A stretch of DNA of 64,000 bases from Acanthaster planci (taxonomy: Eukaryota): positions 2,425,838 to 2,489,837 of the forward strand of contig NW_019091362.1 in the NCBI RefSeq assembly GCF_001949145.1, given 5' to 3'. Positions 13,601-26,600 of this stretch are shown here, piece after piece. Both the position numbers and the translations under genes were made by a program. The notes beneath the pieces are model-generated. The model did not search any database. It was not told where the DNA came from and saw only the letters and a program-made list of their open reading frames with translations. Within the stretch, counting starts at the first letter, position 1, and the number at the start of each line of letters is the position of its first letter.

Positions 13601-14289
13601 CAGAATACAGTGCAGTAATTAGAATTTAGTTTGCAGTTGACTAGAGACTGGTGAAGGTAACAATGAATTCAAAACAAAGCCTGGTTGTTGCCTCCCCTTC
13701 AACTGTGCGCTCAAGGAGTAATGAGCCAGCTGGTGAGGTCAAGGCTAGGCCTACCTGTTCCAAGGGCCATTGTTCAATTATTAGTGCATGGGTTGCCTGG
13801 GGGATTTAGTTTCATTTGGACTCAAATCCTCACTGGAAAACACTCCAGAGAGTGTTCTGTCTGGCAAGGAAAACAATCACCTTGCCTGCATTGTTGTGAG
13901 TGTGAGAAAGTGCTGTGTTTAGGTTTCCCCATGCTTGCAGACTCAAGGTGTTTGGGTCTTTGTTCTGAGCTATGACTTTGAGTACATCAGACTAAATCTA
14001 ATTGCCGAGTTTTAACAACACTTGATGATAGTCTTTATTGGAAAGTTCAGTTTTTGTTTTTTTTTTAACTATGGTCATGAAGGCACGGGGTAAAACTGGG
14101 GATAAATTCATCTGATCTGATAACTGAATCAAGCTGACAAGCTGAGTACATGCACTGGTGTGCAATGTCCATCCAGAATTTCATTAATTTTGCTTTTTTC
14201 CGTACAACCTCTTGGACTTGCTAAGAAAGGGGGAAAAAACTGTCAAAATTTGCACATTTTTTTTCTTCAGTTTTTGCGTAAATAATGCA

Positions 14290-14800
14290 TGGTGGATGAG
14301 TCAGACCAAGGCTGGATCTTGAACCAGACCCGGGCCCATTGTTTGCTGCCGGATCAGGCTACGATTCCTCCGACAGTCTCAACAGCCCCGGCGCGCACAC
14401 TAGGCCGAAGAAAATGTTTCTCCGATCACTTTACGAGTGATCGGCGGTTCAATTACGACGTTATCACCACCACTGTACGAGCCTATCTATCCTCTCTTTT
14501 TTTCAAACCTCCCTGCTTATTTGGTTATTATTATTATTGTTTGACATGATTAAGGTGAGTGCGATGACTCAGACACGGGCACTCCGTCCCTTAAGCTGGC
14601 CAAACTTCCTCCCTTTTCACGGCAGCGGCGGGGGCAATCGGCGACAACAAAAGGGCACCAAAGTATTCCCACGGGGCAAACAGACCAATACAGATTGAAA
14701 CTTGCCATTCTATTTGTGCCGGGTGAAGAAAAAAAGTGTGCCGTCTTGACAACATGATGCAAAGATATGGAGTGGGAAGGCCGAGCGGTCCTTGTCAAAT
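14290..14800. promoter_or_regulatory. CpG-enriched putative enhancer/promoter with two AP-1 sites
   Basis: TGAGTCA at 14297-14303 and TGACTCA at 14565-14571; local CpG density is visibly above the flanks. Confidence 0.35.
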
Positions 14801-17800
14801 TACTTAATGCCTTCCTTGGGCAAAATAGTCATGAAACCATCTCCTTTTTACACTAGTAACACATCTACATGTATGTTTAATGATGGGTTTGTACACAATG
14901 CAGATATTTGGGGGTTTTTTTTAAGTAACTGTTAAGTTTTACCAGAAAATATGGAAGATATGCAAAGCAACACTTTTAGGGGCTCCATTAAAGTAGAGGT
15001 ACTGGTACATGTATATATCAGTAAATAAGAATATAGCAACAAGGAAGAAAAACATTTCAAACCTGTCCAGAACGTGCCATTTTTCATGGTTATTTATCAG
15101 TAAAATAGAAATTATTTTTAGAGGTTTATGCAGTTAGTAAAGTTGATCCCACTGTTATAAGAATCCAAGAGTCTGTGTTCCAATTTTATGACCGATAAAT
15201 GGGCACAAAATTCTGAATCAACAACTAACAATCACACAAGAAAAGTCTTGCCGACAAAAATTTACCCCGGAACAAGAACAGCCAAAGCCTGCCTGTAACC
15301 CCAGTCTCCGGAGTGTTTTGGGAGGGCTTTGTGATCAAGACAACGCCACAATTCTCAAACACAATAAACTAGGGAGCTTAAGAAACGAAATATGATAGTC
15401 CACTGCTTTGGAAGGCCCTCAGCCAACTCCAGTTGGCAAACAGTGGGTTCCATATTGTTGGTGTCAGGGTAATTGGGGAGGAAAACACAACAGGCCATGG
15501 TTAATGATTGGGCTAAGGTGTCAAAGATTAGAGCCAGGAGAAAAGGAGAGGTTAAAAAGACAATCAAATGGCTGTTATGTCTACAAGACATCAGGTCAGA
15601 AGTGCACGTAGTCTGAGGTGAAAAGCCTATGTTTCATTCCACCATGAGCGGTAAATTATTTTAAGGAAACCATTTTTGGGGGACCAATTTATGAAAACAA
15701 AACTGAAGAAACTATTTGGCAAACCTCCACTGAAAACAATGATAACTAGTCTCCCCTCGCTGAAAACAGAAATTCTCTTCCAAGTATAAAAGCACAACTA
15801 CCATATAAACCAATAGTGCCTTATTAGGAAGTAACATTCCTTGCTACAATTCAAAACTAGCATCTGGATTTTTACCATGTGGCAGAGACTCTGGCAACTA
15901 CATGAATATTAACCAGACAGAGTAAAACGCGCCAAGGGTTGACAGAAACAAAAAAGCTGGTCCTCAAATATTTTTGCCCCGCTGACAATCCGAGTGTTAA
16001 TATCCTGTTGAGTGGGGGGCTTTGTAAAATCAATATCAGTTATGTGGAGGTACTCGGCAATTGGTAAGAAAGACAGAATGGCATATAACAATGCCGTCGT
16101 AAATCAATATGGTGCACAGGAGCAGTGGTGACTTTGGACACACAAGGGGACTGTGACTCATGTAGCTGCAGACAATGATTGGTTATCATAATGAACGGAA
16201 AATAATAAACACAGGAATGCAGCGGCAAAGTGCAGCCTCTGATAGCCTTACTGTTTTGACTTATTCCACAAACCGGTGCATGGGGATTCCCTGGAAATTT
16301 ATGAATTGATTTCATTTTTTTTCACCTCAGATTCCGTGCAGTGAACCGTACCTGCACTGTGGCGTGGCGTGAAGAGGTATCAGGAAGGAATTACTGCCGA
16401 CTGAATGCAAGCACAAAGATGAGCGCAACAAAAATGGTAGATATTATTGTTATTTCAGGTCTCCCGCATGGCAATGGATCATTCTGACAAAATTACTAAA
16501 AACCTACAGAGTGTTGAGAAGAAAATCAAATAACAGACAGGAAATGAGTATTAGTTGTATTTCCCAGAAAAATGATCATGACATTACATTAGTGGTGTAA
16601 CAAAGAAAACTCCATCATTACTTGCGGATGTGATATGAGTTTCCTGTTCAAAAAATGCATTAGACAATTGTCCAGGAGGGCTGAGCAAAATCAAACTTCC
16701 TGTCAATTGTCACTAGAATCTCTCCATTTTGACTAATGGGGGAAAACGTGAAGCATATTCACTTGAAAACAAATAAAACAGGAAAATGCACTGAGCAAAC
16801 CGAAAAATAAACACCGAACCAAGTCCCCATAATATTCACCTGACAGCCCAAATGGACCTGAAATATCAGACCAACGAGCAGACATGAGGAACAGAGCATA
16901 ACCACAGAGGCATTTGAGAAGATGTCTGGTGGCAATGCTTGGACAAACAAGGCTACTAAAGTTACATGAATGTCTTTGAACTTGGAAAAACACCATCTGC
17001 AGGATACAATGGCCCACTATTTTCATTTTCAATGGGTGATAGTTTGCATAAGTCTCTGAACAACAATCCAGCCGTGAGTATCCAACGTCATTTGGCCGTT
17101 ATTGTCTTGGCAACATGAACTCGTGTGAACCGGACGATACTGCTGACGAAGTATACCTGACAAATCAGGAATGGAGGCCGACATTGAATTAGGAGTGGGT
17201 AGATGGATCACAGTCCAAAAAAAAAAGCAAGGCTAAAGGGGCAATATCAGCCTCAAACCTTGGGTCTCTCAATTGGATATGTATATAATTTCAACTGATA
17301 CAAAAACATCAACATTTTGCCTGCGGATTAGGTAAACACAGAACCCTGCATAGTTTGGCTCTCTTCTAAGGTCAACTATTACAGGGTGGGGAGGGGTTCT
17401 TCTTTGGGGGAGGGGTATTCCCGAGACAATCACTGAACACACTGGTGGTCACTGGGTCAAAATTGAAAGTACCAGTATTATAGAAAGATGACCAGCTAAG
17501 ATGCCTTCCGCCATTTTGGCCACGTGTGAACCAAGTGAGGAACTAATCATAAAGTATTTGCAAACTTTGCCCATTTATCACAGGTTCCAGTGGGCATTTT
17601 ATTGAACACGTACAACCCAGTTTGTTGAAATTCAAAGAAAATGTTGGTGATTCACTAGTTGTGACAACAAGGGCCACTTCTGGGTTGGTTGCAAGAATCC
17701 AACAAGAAAAAAGAAAACAATAAAACACTCTGGACAAACGTGGGCGGTAATTTTTTTTCTCTCAAGAAAATAAACAAATATTTACCACCGCATTAACAGA

Positions 17801-20248
17801 ACTTGACTCGCCCTGGTATAGACCAATACCCTGTGAAGTTCAACAGACCATTGTCTGGCCTGCTAGCACCAATCTTCATGCCCTTACAGTCATGAACACC
17901 TGTTTTGCCCACAACGTAAGTGGTCACAACTTGACTTTATCTGAAATGGGCAAACAGCATCACTGAGCAACTGTTCATCAGCCCTTTTCTTCCACAGGTT
18001 ACAAAGAAGCTTTCTGGATGTTTATTCATGTAATAGAAAACCCAAATATTTAGAAGGAGGATTTTTAATCTTGTGGTAATTGTTCAAATCCTGTCGGTTG
18101 AACAGTTTTGACTGATAATAAACTAAAACATTTGGATCATAAATCATAAATCACTGCTGAATCACTCAAAACATTTCTGTCCAGGAAATCTGACTTGTTT
18201 GTGCTTCTCCAGCCCCAGGATAACAAGCAATTGGAGTTTTGAAAGAATGGGAGTCACTGGGAGGTGTGACCACAGAAGAGGAATCTTGTCATTCAATGCT
18301 CCAAGGTAAGGGGGGGGAGAACAGAATCTAAGTAACATTTTGGAGGGAACTTCAAGCCGCATTAATGGCAAACCACCAGGGCACCATAATAACAGTGATA
18401 GGCTGAACCACGATCCTTGCATACAGCACGGATGCGAGAGTCGCACGAGGTTAACAAAATATCACACAGTATTTCCCTGATGGGATTAATTTTCATGATT
18501 ATTAGTGCTGAGAAAACCCACCAGGATGGATTCTGGGAAGAAAGCTCACGCATATATTATGTATCATTGTAGTCACTTCAAAAGCTATCCAACAAAATGA
18601 AAGAGGGAAGATAGCCTGGGTGGTATAAGACTTAATTTGTACCAATATGCAACATTCAGTCAGAGCTCAGAAGACACGTTAACTACACGAATATTTTACA
18701 GCACATTGGCTTATCTGAAATCTACAAATTTACAACATGATTGCAAAACCTATAACTTGATATAAATGGGGAAACTTGAAATTAATGTCAGATGTAGATA
18801 CAAAACACCTTCAGAGGTTGGACCATCTTCATTTTTTTAACTTGACTGAATATTTACGAAGCCAGGTTTTTGCTCAGAATAAGCGGACAGTGAGTTCATA
18901 ATCCAAATCAAGGGAAAAAATGGTGCAGGGACTTTCAATTGTTCTCGCAGAAAAAGCATACTGTCTAAGACCTGCTGATCAAAACAGGATTTTCACTCTT
19001 CTTACATTGGCTTGTGGGTTCCATTTCCAAGGAATAGAAAATAAATTACATGAAAAGATGATCCAATGGGATTCAAAGAACAATGGAAAAAAAATTATCT
19101 TATTTGTTACTTTGTCTAGAGATAATTTGTGGTTGGGTCCAAACAAGTCTGTTGAATCATTGTAAAATCAAACATCGAAAAAGCAATTTCTCTCAAAATT
19201 TGCATGCCTGATTGTGACTGAGTAAAACTTAAGGGGAATGGATGACACACAGGAGAAGAATTCAGTTGACTTTCAGATAAGAACAGCAGATGAAGTCAGG
19301 ATCCCTGCCTGAAATAAACTCTTTGTGGTGTGAGATCGTTCCAGTGAGTCCTATGAATAATGAAGCACAGATTCTACGAAACGCAAACAACCCACCACCA
19401 TGCAGTTACCTTGGCTTGTGCAAATAACGATCCACAATCTCAAAACAAGATAAAAATCTTAGCGGTAGACGCACGGATGCATAAGTATCAATTATCATTG
19501 GTGCTTGAACTTGTTTGGGTTAGAAAATCATTAATGAAATCTTGCAAACAAGGAATTTAAAAAAAATTGGAGGAAAGGAACTCTGGTTTCTTTCAACATG
19601 TGCACTTTTCCAATCAATCAATACCTAGCTCTTGGTCCCTCCATCATTGATCTGAACAACCATCTCCCGGCATCCACAGGAGAAAACATGCTCATGGTCA
19701 CAAGAAGGAGTTGGCTGGCCTTGGGTCTCATTACAAACTGCTGATTATTGGCCAAAATCAATGTGTGTGTATGACACACTGGCAAAAACTGTCAAGCAGT
19801 AACGCCTGTGTAGCCACAGCAGAAATGTTACCCACTGACCATACAAACTGACCCTGGATTGTCACAACGGTGTGCTGTGAAAACCGTTCCTTGTCGCAGG
19901 TGGTTATTTTCGTGGTAGAAGTGTTTTTAAAGGGGGGGTGAAGGACTGAGATGGAAGCCTGAACTGACAAAAAACTTTTTTTTTCAGCATGAAACCTTTT
20001 CAATGTGTATAAATGTTTGAAAGTAGGTTTGCTTGTAGTTGATTTGGATGTACATACATGTACACTTGCCACCTCAAAAAAGAAGTAATAGAAAAAAAGA
20101 TTTAAACCAAAATATATGACATTTTCGGGGTTAAAATCTTGCCTGTCTCAATGTAAACACTCTATAAAAAGCACACTGTTGCTCAACCGACGACAATAAA
20201 ACATCTTCAGTCCACAGTCTAAAATATTTCAAAAAATTCTTGTCTTAC

Positions 20249-20314
20249 CATCGTCCCATCATCAAGATTTAAGTCGTTAAAATCGAGCTCCATATCTCCT
20301 GATGAAGCAGGCAT
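20249..20314 (-). CDS. Candidate alternative first coding exon (MPASSGDMELDFNDLNLDDGTM)
   Basis: 22 codons with an in-frame stop upstream and the donor ATG|gtaaga in phase 0. Protein-like acidic composition; CRE-like and CCAAT motifs ~300 nt upstream. Confidence 0.55.
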
Positions 20315-20615
20315 TTGTGCAGTGTTGGTTAGTCCTACCAACTTAACTTCCAACAATCAGAATGAAGTGGAACAAGTACAGGACCAATGGTGCTGCCGAC
20401 ACAAGCAGTTACAGCACCGAAAAATTCCTACTTCTCCATGGAGCGGTCTACAAGTTGACGAAATTATGACAGGTTTTATTTCGAGCCCCAAAGCAAACGG
20501 CTCCAGAACCAGAAACCAGCAAATTTAGTTGATGTTCTTTTTAGACACCACAATGTGTGATGCAGTTGCACAGAAGGTTATCCAACTGTCAACCACAGCC
20601 AGCCAGCCAGGTGAA

Positions 20616-20638
20616 TGACGTGTTCACACAGCCAATGG
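20616..20638. promoter_or_regulatory. CRE-like TGACGT and NF-Y-type AGCCAATGG motifs, putative internal promoter
   Basis: TGACGT at 20616-20621 and CCAAT at 20632-20636, upstream on the minus strand of the 20314 candidate exon. Confidence 0.3.
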
Positions 20639-23600
20639 GATGAAAGGCAAGGAGCGATGAATGGATATAATAGCACGTGTAATAATGGCCCAGTCAATGA
20701 ACAGGACAACTAACTTGTGTACACAGGCACTGCAAAACATGCACAACACACGGGCAAGGCTGCTCAGAATCCTTTCAGCAGGCTAGGGGGTCCTGTTTGG
20801 GTTGACCCTCCAGGTCGGTGGTGGTTTTGGGGGACACCCAAGGGGAGGCAGGAGGATTAAATTCAGAATAAGGTGCTCAAGAGATGTTTTGGCTGGCTGA
20901 CTTATTAGGAATTTCTGATTTTGGAACGAAGGCATGCTGGCAACATTAAATTATATTGGCAATTAAAAAACTTTCACACAAAAAGTAAAAAGAAGACATG
21001 ATTGAAATCATGTCAAGAATTTCCAACCGATAAGTTCCATTAGTTATAGCTGCAACATCCATGGTTGAATAAAATAATATCAAATTCAGAAAATGTTAGC
21101 AGTACAATGAATAAGAGTGAAATTACAGACTGATTTTTAAATGTTATGGAACACTTAATGTTTAAATTGGCTTTGCTGGCAAAATATGCAAGGGAATCCA
21201 TACCAGATCCAAACAAACCTAAACTAGAACCTTAACAAAATGTAACCTTCAAGTTAGAGGTTGCATCTTGGAATATAGTCAACATTAGTCAAAACTTCAA
21301 ATCTCAAGGCCATTTGGAAATGAAATAGTGAAAAGTGCTTTTCTGTACTGAGGAAGGACATCCCCCTTGACAATAAGTTTCTCGAACTAAGATTGGAAAT
21401 GATTGACAGTTTGAGGGAAACATTCGGGCACAAGGTTAGCCTAACATTACCATGCTAAACATTATACTGTCACATCTCTTTAGGGTTTTTGGTTTGTTCA
21501 CAGAAATAACAATGAAACAGCATAAACAGGCATTCCAACATTCTGGCGATCGCGGAGGCCGTTTCCTAACAATGCCAAGAAAGCTTGTCTGACATTCCTT
21601 GGGTGTGTCCAGGCAGAGTCCCCATTGCACCATCCCCATCAAGTACCAAAACATTGATCCAACAAAAACAAAATTGCTCCCTAGACTTGTCTGTCAAGTC
21701 ATTGCACTGAGAGTCTGCTTGGAGGAGGAAAGCAAACAAGATGTGGAAACTCAAATATGTACTGCAATGGTTTCCTCCATCTGTCAATCAAAAGCGTTGC
21801 GCTGGGCGTACAATCCAATTGGTGCAGTGATATGTGTACTCAGCTTAGGCCTAAATTCCCTGGCGAAACTTGGAATAATACCATTACTTTCTCTGTGATC
21901 GTTATGTCAAAGTACTTTGTGCCAACAGAACAAGGGGGATGTTGACTGAGGTGGGTCTGTCAGCTGAGTCATTCTGCTTGGATTTTTCTTTTCTTTTGAG
22001 GCCAGGACATGCATTAGAGGGCATTTCTTTAATCACCTTATTTTTTTCAGTCACTGGACAGTTGTTACTATATTGGTAAACTGAAGATGGAGTGTAAAAA
22101 GTCCATTCATACCCAAGTTTCAGACGAGATCATAATTAACCCCCCCCCAAAAAAAATTCAACTCAAATCTCAACTGAAGAAGCCAGCTCCATTTCGGTTA
22201 GTTCTCAGTAGATACGTAATTCCTAAAGTGCTTAAACACGAGAATGCCTTATACGACAGAGAGGAACTACAGCTGCCTGCAGGAGGCCAAGAAGACGCAA
22301 GAATTTTTTTTTCAGACCCAAGAGTGATATACAGCCTTTGTGATGCGCTGGCTTCCCTTTTTCCCCGGGCTAGTATAAATCTCATTTGCAGTCTTAGGGA
22401 ACTCAAAACACTCATATTCCCACAAGGTCTTAAAATAACAATGCTGATTTCCACTCCCGGCACAATATCGCTCAATTTTCACAAATTTAGCTCACGGATG
22501 TCTGGATTGGAAGCCAGCATTATCATTCTCAGCTTCAGCGAGTCTGACTCCTAAAATCCCCCAGGTCTTGTCAGTTTCAATTTGAAGAGTTTCACCAAGC
22601 GGGCAACTTTGCAGCGCTCGGAGAAAACTGTGAGGTGATGACACATTGTGGAATTTGACTGCAACAGAGTCCAGCAAGGAGACAGAGACAGATATTGAGG
22701 AAGACCCAAACACACAGTGACAGAGTCAGACATAACATACCTACGTATACGTGGAATCAAACACCCAGCCGGACTGAGAGACAGATAGGGATACAGACCA
22801 GCAACAACTGACATAAAAGAGACAGGCACATGCTAACTCAGTCTAATTCAGCATATTCTGCACATCAAATTCTAAACAATACAGGCTTGATCAAAATTTT
22901 ATATTACAGACGTTTTTTTGTCAAAATGAAGAAATTCCTTCTTCCGTATCAACACTGATGTACTATTTCAACAGTATCCAACCTAGTTAAGTTTTGATTA
23001 GAGATAAGAGTATTTTCTGACAGGAAGCAAAGCTGCCAGCTGCCCACTTACGGGCATGGAAGTGAAGAGTAGAGAAGATGGGAAAAGGAACAAGAACAGA
23101 AAAAAGGGTAAACTTTTGAATGATGGATAATGAAAACCACCATCAAGGAAAATTTGCCAAATCATTCTGCTGAAAGCAAAAAGCGGTTTCAATTCACTTG
23201 CGTTATCAACCAACAAAGCATTTATCATGGACACCGATCGAAGCCAATCGATACGCTTCTTCAGCCAGTTGCAAGAAGAGTTAGACAAGCCATAATGGAT
23301 CTTTTCAAAGATGTGGAGGTTATTAGTGGCAAGGTGTCATGTAATGGATGGGATGAAGATACTATCGACCCACTATTAAGCTTCTTAAGCCTAATATCTC
23401 CGGGATTAGGAAACTTGAAGGCTTTGCTTTCAAATGCAAGTAAAATCAATGCCTAGGTGCAATGACTGGGTGGTCTCCATGTTCTTGATGGGTATCTGTT
23501 CAAAATGTCAAACGTTTAAGACACAACAAATACAATACTTATCCCAAAATTATCACTGAATTTAAACACCATTGTATAAAAGAAAATAAAAAAGTCACAA

Positions 23601-26600
23601 CCCCCCCCAAAAAAAATTAGTCATGAGTTGCCAGTGACACTTTAATGCTACAGCCTCATCTGTCACCGAGAGAAGTAACTTGATATTTTAAAGTATCAAT
23701 CAACATTGTATTTCCTTAAAAATGTAAAGCTGCAATTTGATAAAAAGCTGTGTTGGTTCCCTAAGACGTGTCTGACAACAAATTAATAACTGAAAAGTGT
23801 ATTCATGACAGCCAAGATAAAGCTGTGATGAGTTGTGGACAACTTTTCCCTAAACCTCATGGATTTCCCACATCCACCAGGAGATTTGGAAGCATTGAAA
23901 AGAATTAAGAATGTAGTCAAGCCACCATTCCTTTTCATAGAGCTTCAAGTTCACACCTCTTGATGGTGAGAGTATGTGAAATAGTCCCTTTGATTTTCTA
24001 CACAGTAGTGGATTTTGCAGGATTCAGGAAAGTTCTCAGCAAAAAAATAACCAAAGAGATGGGGTTGAGTTCCTTAACTCCCCCCTTACAAAGTACCCCA
24101 ATACCAGGAAAACCTTTCTCAACTGATTCACAACGGAGACACTGAGTTCCAACCATGCAGGAACCTTTTACACCTGGTAACATGAAAGAAGTAGCCACAC
24201 AAACAAACACCTATACACCAACTTGGGATCTAAATTGTCAATTACCAGTGATGGATGAATTTATTGTGAATGAACCCAACTGCCCCATAATCACGAAATG
24301 TTGACTCATTTATGGTGTTCCCTCTATGGACACTTTCCAACAGACGGCTGTTTTATTTAGGGGATGCGGTTTTAGTGGTTTTCTACAAAATTTATGTACA
24401 GACATCTGATAAACAACCTTTAGTATCACCTGGAGGAACATGAGAACACCAGCTTAAATGCATCAACTTTAAACGAAGTTGAGAAGTGTTTATATGCGAC
24501 GATAATTCACTAGTCATTTTTTTTTTCAGACAGCAAGTGATGGTTGTATCCAGTCACCTATTTTAACCCCGAAATTTAAATCCTCAAGAACTTAATCCTT
24601 GACAAAAGTTCCCCTTTCCAACATCAATGATGATATATTGCCCTCGAAAAGCCAATTTGTTGATGGGATGATGGAGGTATTAACTCATCACAGACAAACA
24701 TTCACGTCAACAAATGGACTAAACCCCCTTTTTTGTTAAAAGAAAGACTGACCTCGGGGTTGGGGCGTTTGTTGTAGCCACAGTCTCTTATTTACCCTTC
24801 AGACCGCAGGCAACCTTTTGCCGACCCCACGACAGGCTGAGAAACATTTCCATGCCACGCATATTTTTACAAGATAAGGTTGACAATATTTTGAAGTTTT
24901 TTCCCCTGAGTGTTTAACCTATTGTTGTTTGATGTTAAAAACCACGGATGGACATTGAACTTGTTTTCAGCAAAGATGTTTTAGGAACTGTTTTGAAAGA
25001 GAGGAGAGATGTTATTGCTGAATAATGAACAATGAGAACTATTTTTAGATCAGGATATCGGCAAATATCAAAATATTGTTGCTACACATGAAGCTACTAC
25101 CACATGTACACATTTGAGGTGTGCAACCAAAAAAGAATCAATTTAATAAACAAATTCACAGAAAAGGTAAGGATAAGCTCAAGATGAACTGGATTCACAA
25201 GACAGGTTGAAGTACATGTACAACTCCTTTTGTATTTAATTATGCATCATTGTTAGGTTCCCCTAACAATTATTTTATTCAAATTACAAGTTGTTTAGGG
25301 CAAAAACCCAGCGAGATAAATTCTATGGAATATGGAGACAACTACATGTTATCTTTACCACAAAATCCTAATGACTTTTCTACAAACACAAGGGGGCGGC
25401 AGACATAACAGCCAATACCGCTTGTTTGGTTTTGGTTGCACATGTTGCTGCTTTGCTACTACCCCCTCTTGTGGCCAATTTCAGCCATGTTTCCCTTGAA
25501 GCAAAATGGTTGCTTTGTCCCCAATAAGCTGTGTGATAAAAGAAAATAGAGTCCAGCAACAGTTCATACAAAGAACTCCCATTAATTCATGTGGTTAATC
25601 ACTCACATTAGGTCAATAAATTTGTCCTAAAATAAATTCCAACAGGAACATTGTCCACTCAAGGGCTTGAAGATGCCGTGTGCACTGTTTCTTTCAATCC
25701 ATCGTTATCGACTTTAACAGATTCAAGATGGTGAAATTCAAGACCCATAGAAAAATAAACAAATAAATTTGCTGACGGCTAATAAATAACTCGCTTCCTA
25801 AATCAAAAGGAGCTGCGCGACCAAAGGAAGTTAAAAACTAAAGAGGGATGACAGATTCAGCTTGTGGACCGGTAACCGGTAACCGAGTGATACAATTTGA
25901 TCAGGAATGCAGGGCGGCATACCAGCAGAGACCCCAAATCTCATCAAGGCTAATTTGCGTTGCGGGATCCCCCTTCCTCGCAGAGGTGGCGCCGAACATG
26001 AGTAGAAGAGAATGCACAGGGCTGGCATGTCGTTAGTCGTGACACGCAGCGGCGGCTCTGCTCTTTGGGATTGCTGCCGCATCTTAAGTGAAATGTCAGT
26101 CAGATGAGGAAGGAAAGTGGATGGAAGTGGAACAAGGACATACAATAAAAATAAACTCATCCTTTTGGGGAGGGGCCCCATTTTTGAGATTTTTTTTTTA
26201 AGGTCCAGCAAAGAAAATCCTGAGCTGGAGGTTTGTGGGTGCACCATGGAAACTGTCTCTTCAGAAGAAGTGTGCTTCTGAGGACCGGTGAGTATCAACT
26301 CTCAAATAAAATCCTTTAACTTCGTCCAACTTCCAAGCTGACTGATGGCAAAATTCTCACTGATCAGACAAGTCACATGTCTAACATGTTAAAATAATGA
26401 ACAAATGCAGTGCAATGCAAATATCAAGTGCATGTAATTTAACAAACCATACTCTTCATTGCAAGGTAATGTACATGTATTTTACAAAGCAAACTATGGA
26501 CAGAAATTATACCTGCATTGGCAGTGCAACAGCTCATGATAAGTTCAACAAGTGCCACTAACTCCACCAATCAGGATGTGAATCAAACCATGCTGAAAAT

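Noticed and set aside
22087..22554. 155-aa plus-strand ORF as a nested gene
   Set aside because: It has no recognisable domain and no clear exon chain on the plus strand. Its length is within the range of other chance ORFs in this window.
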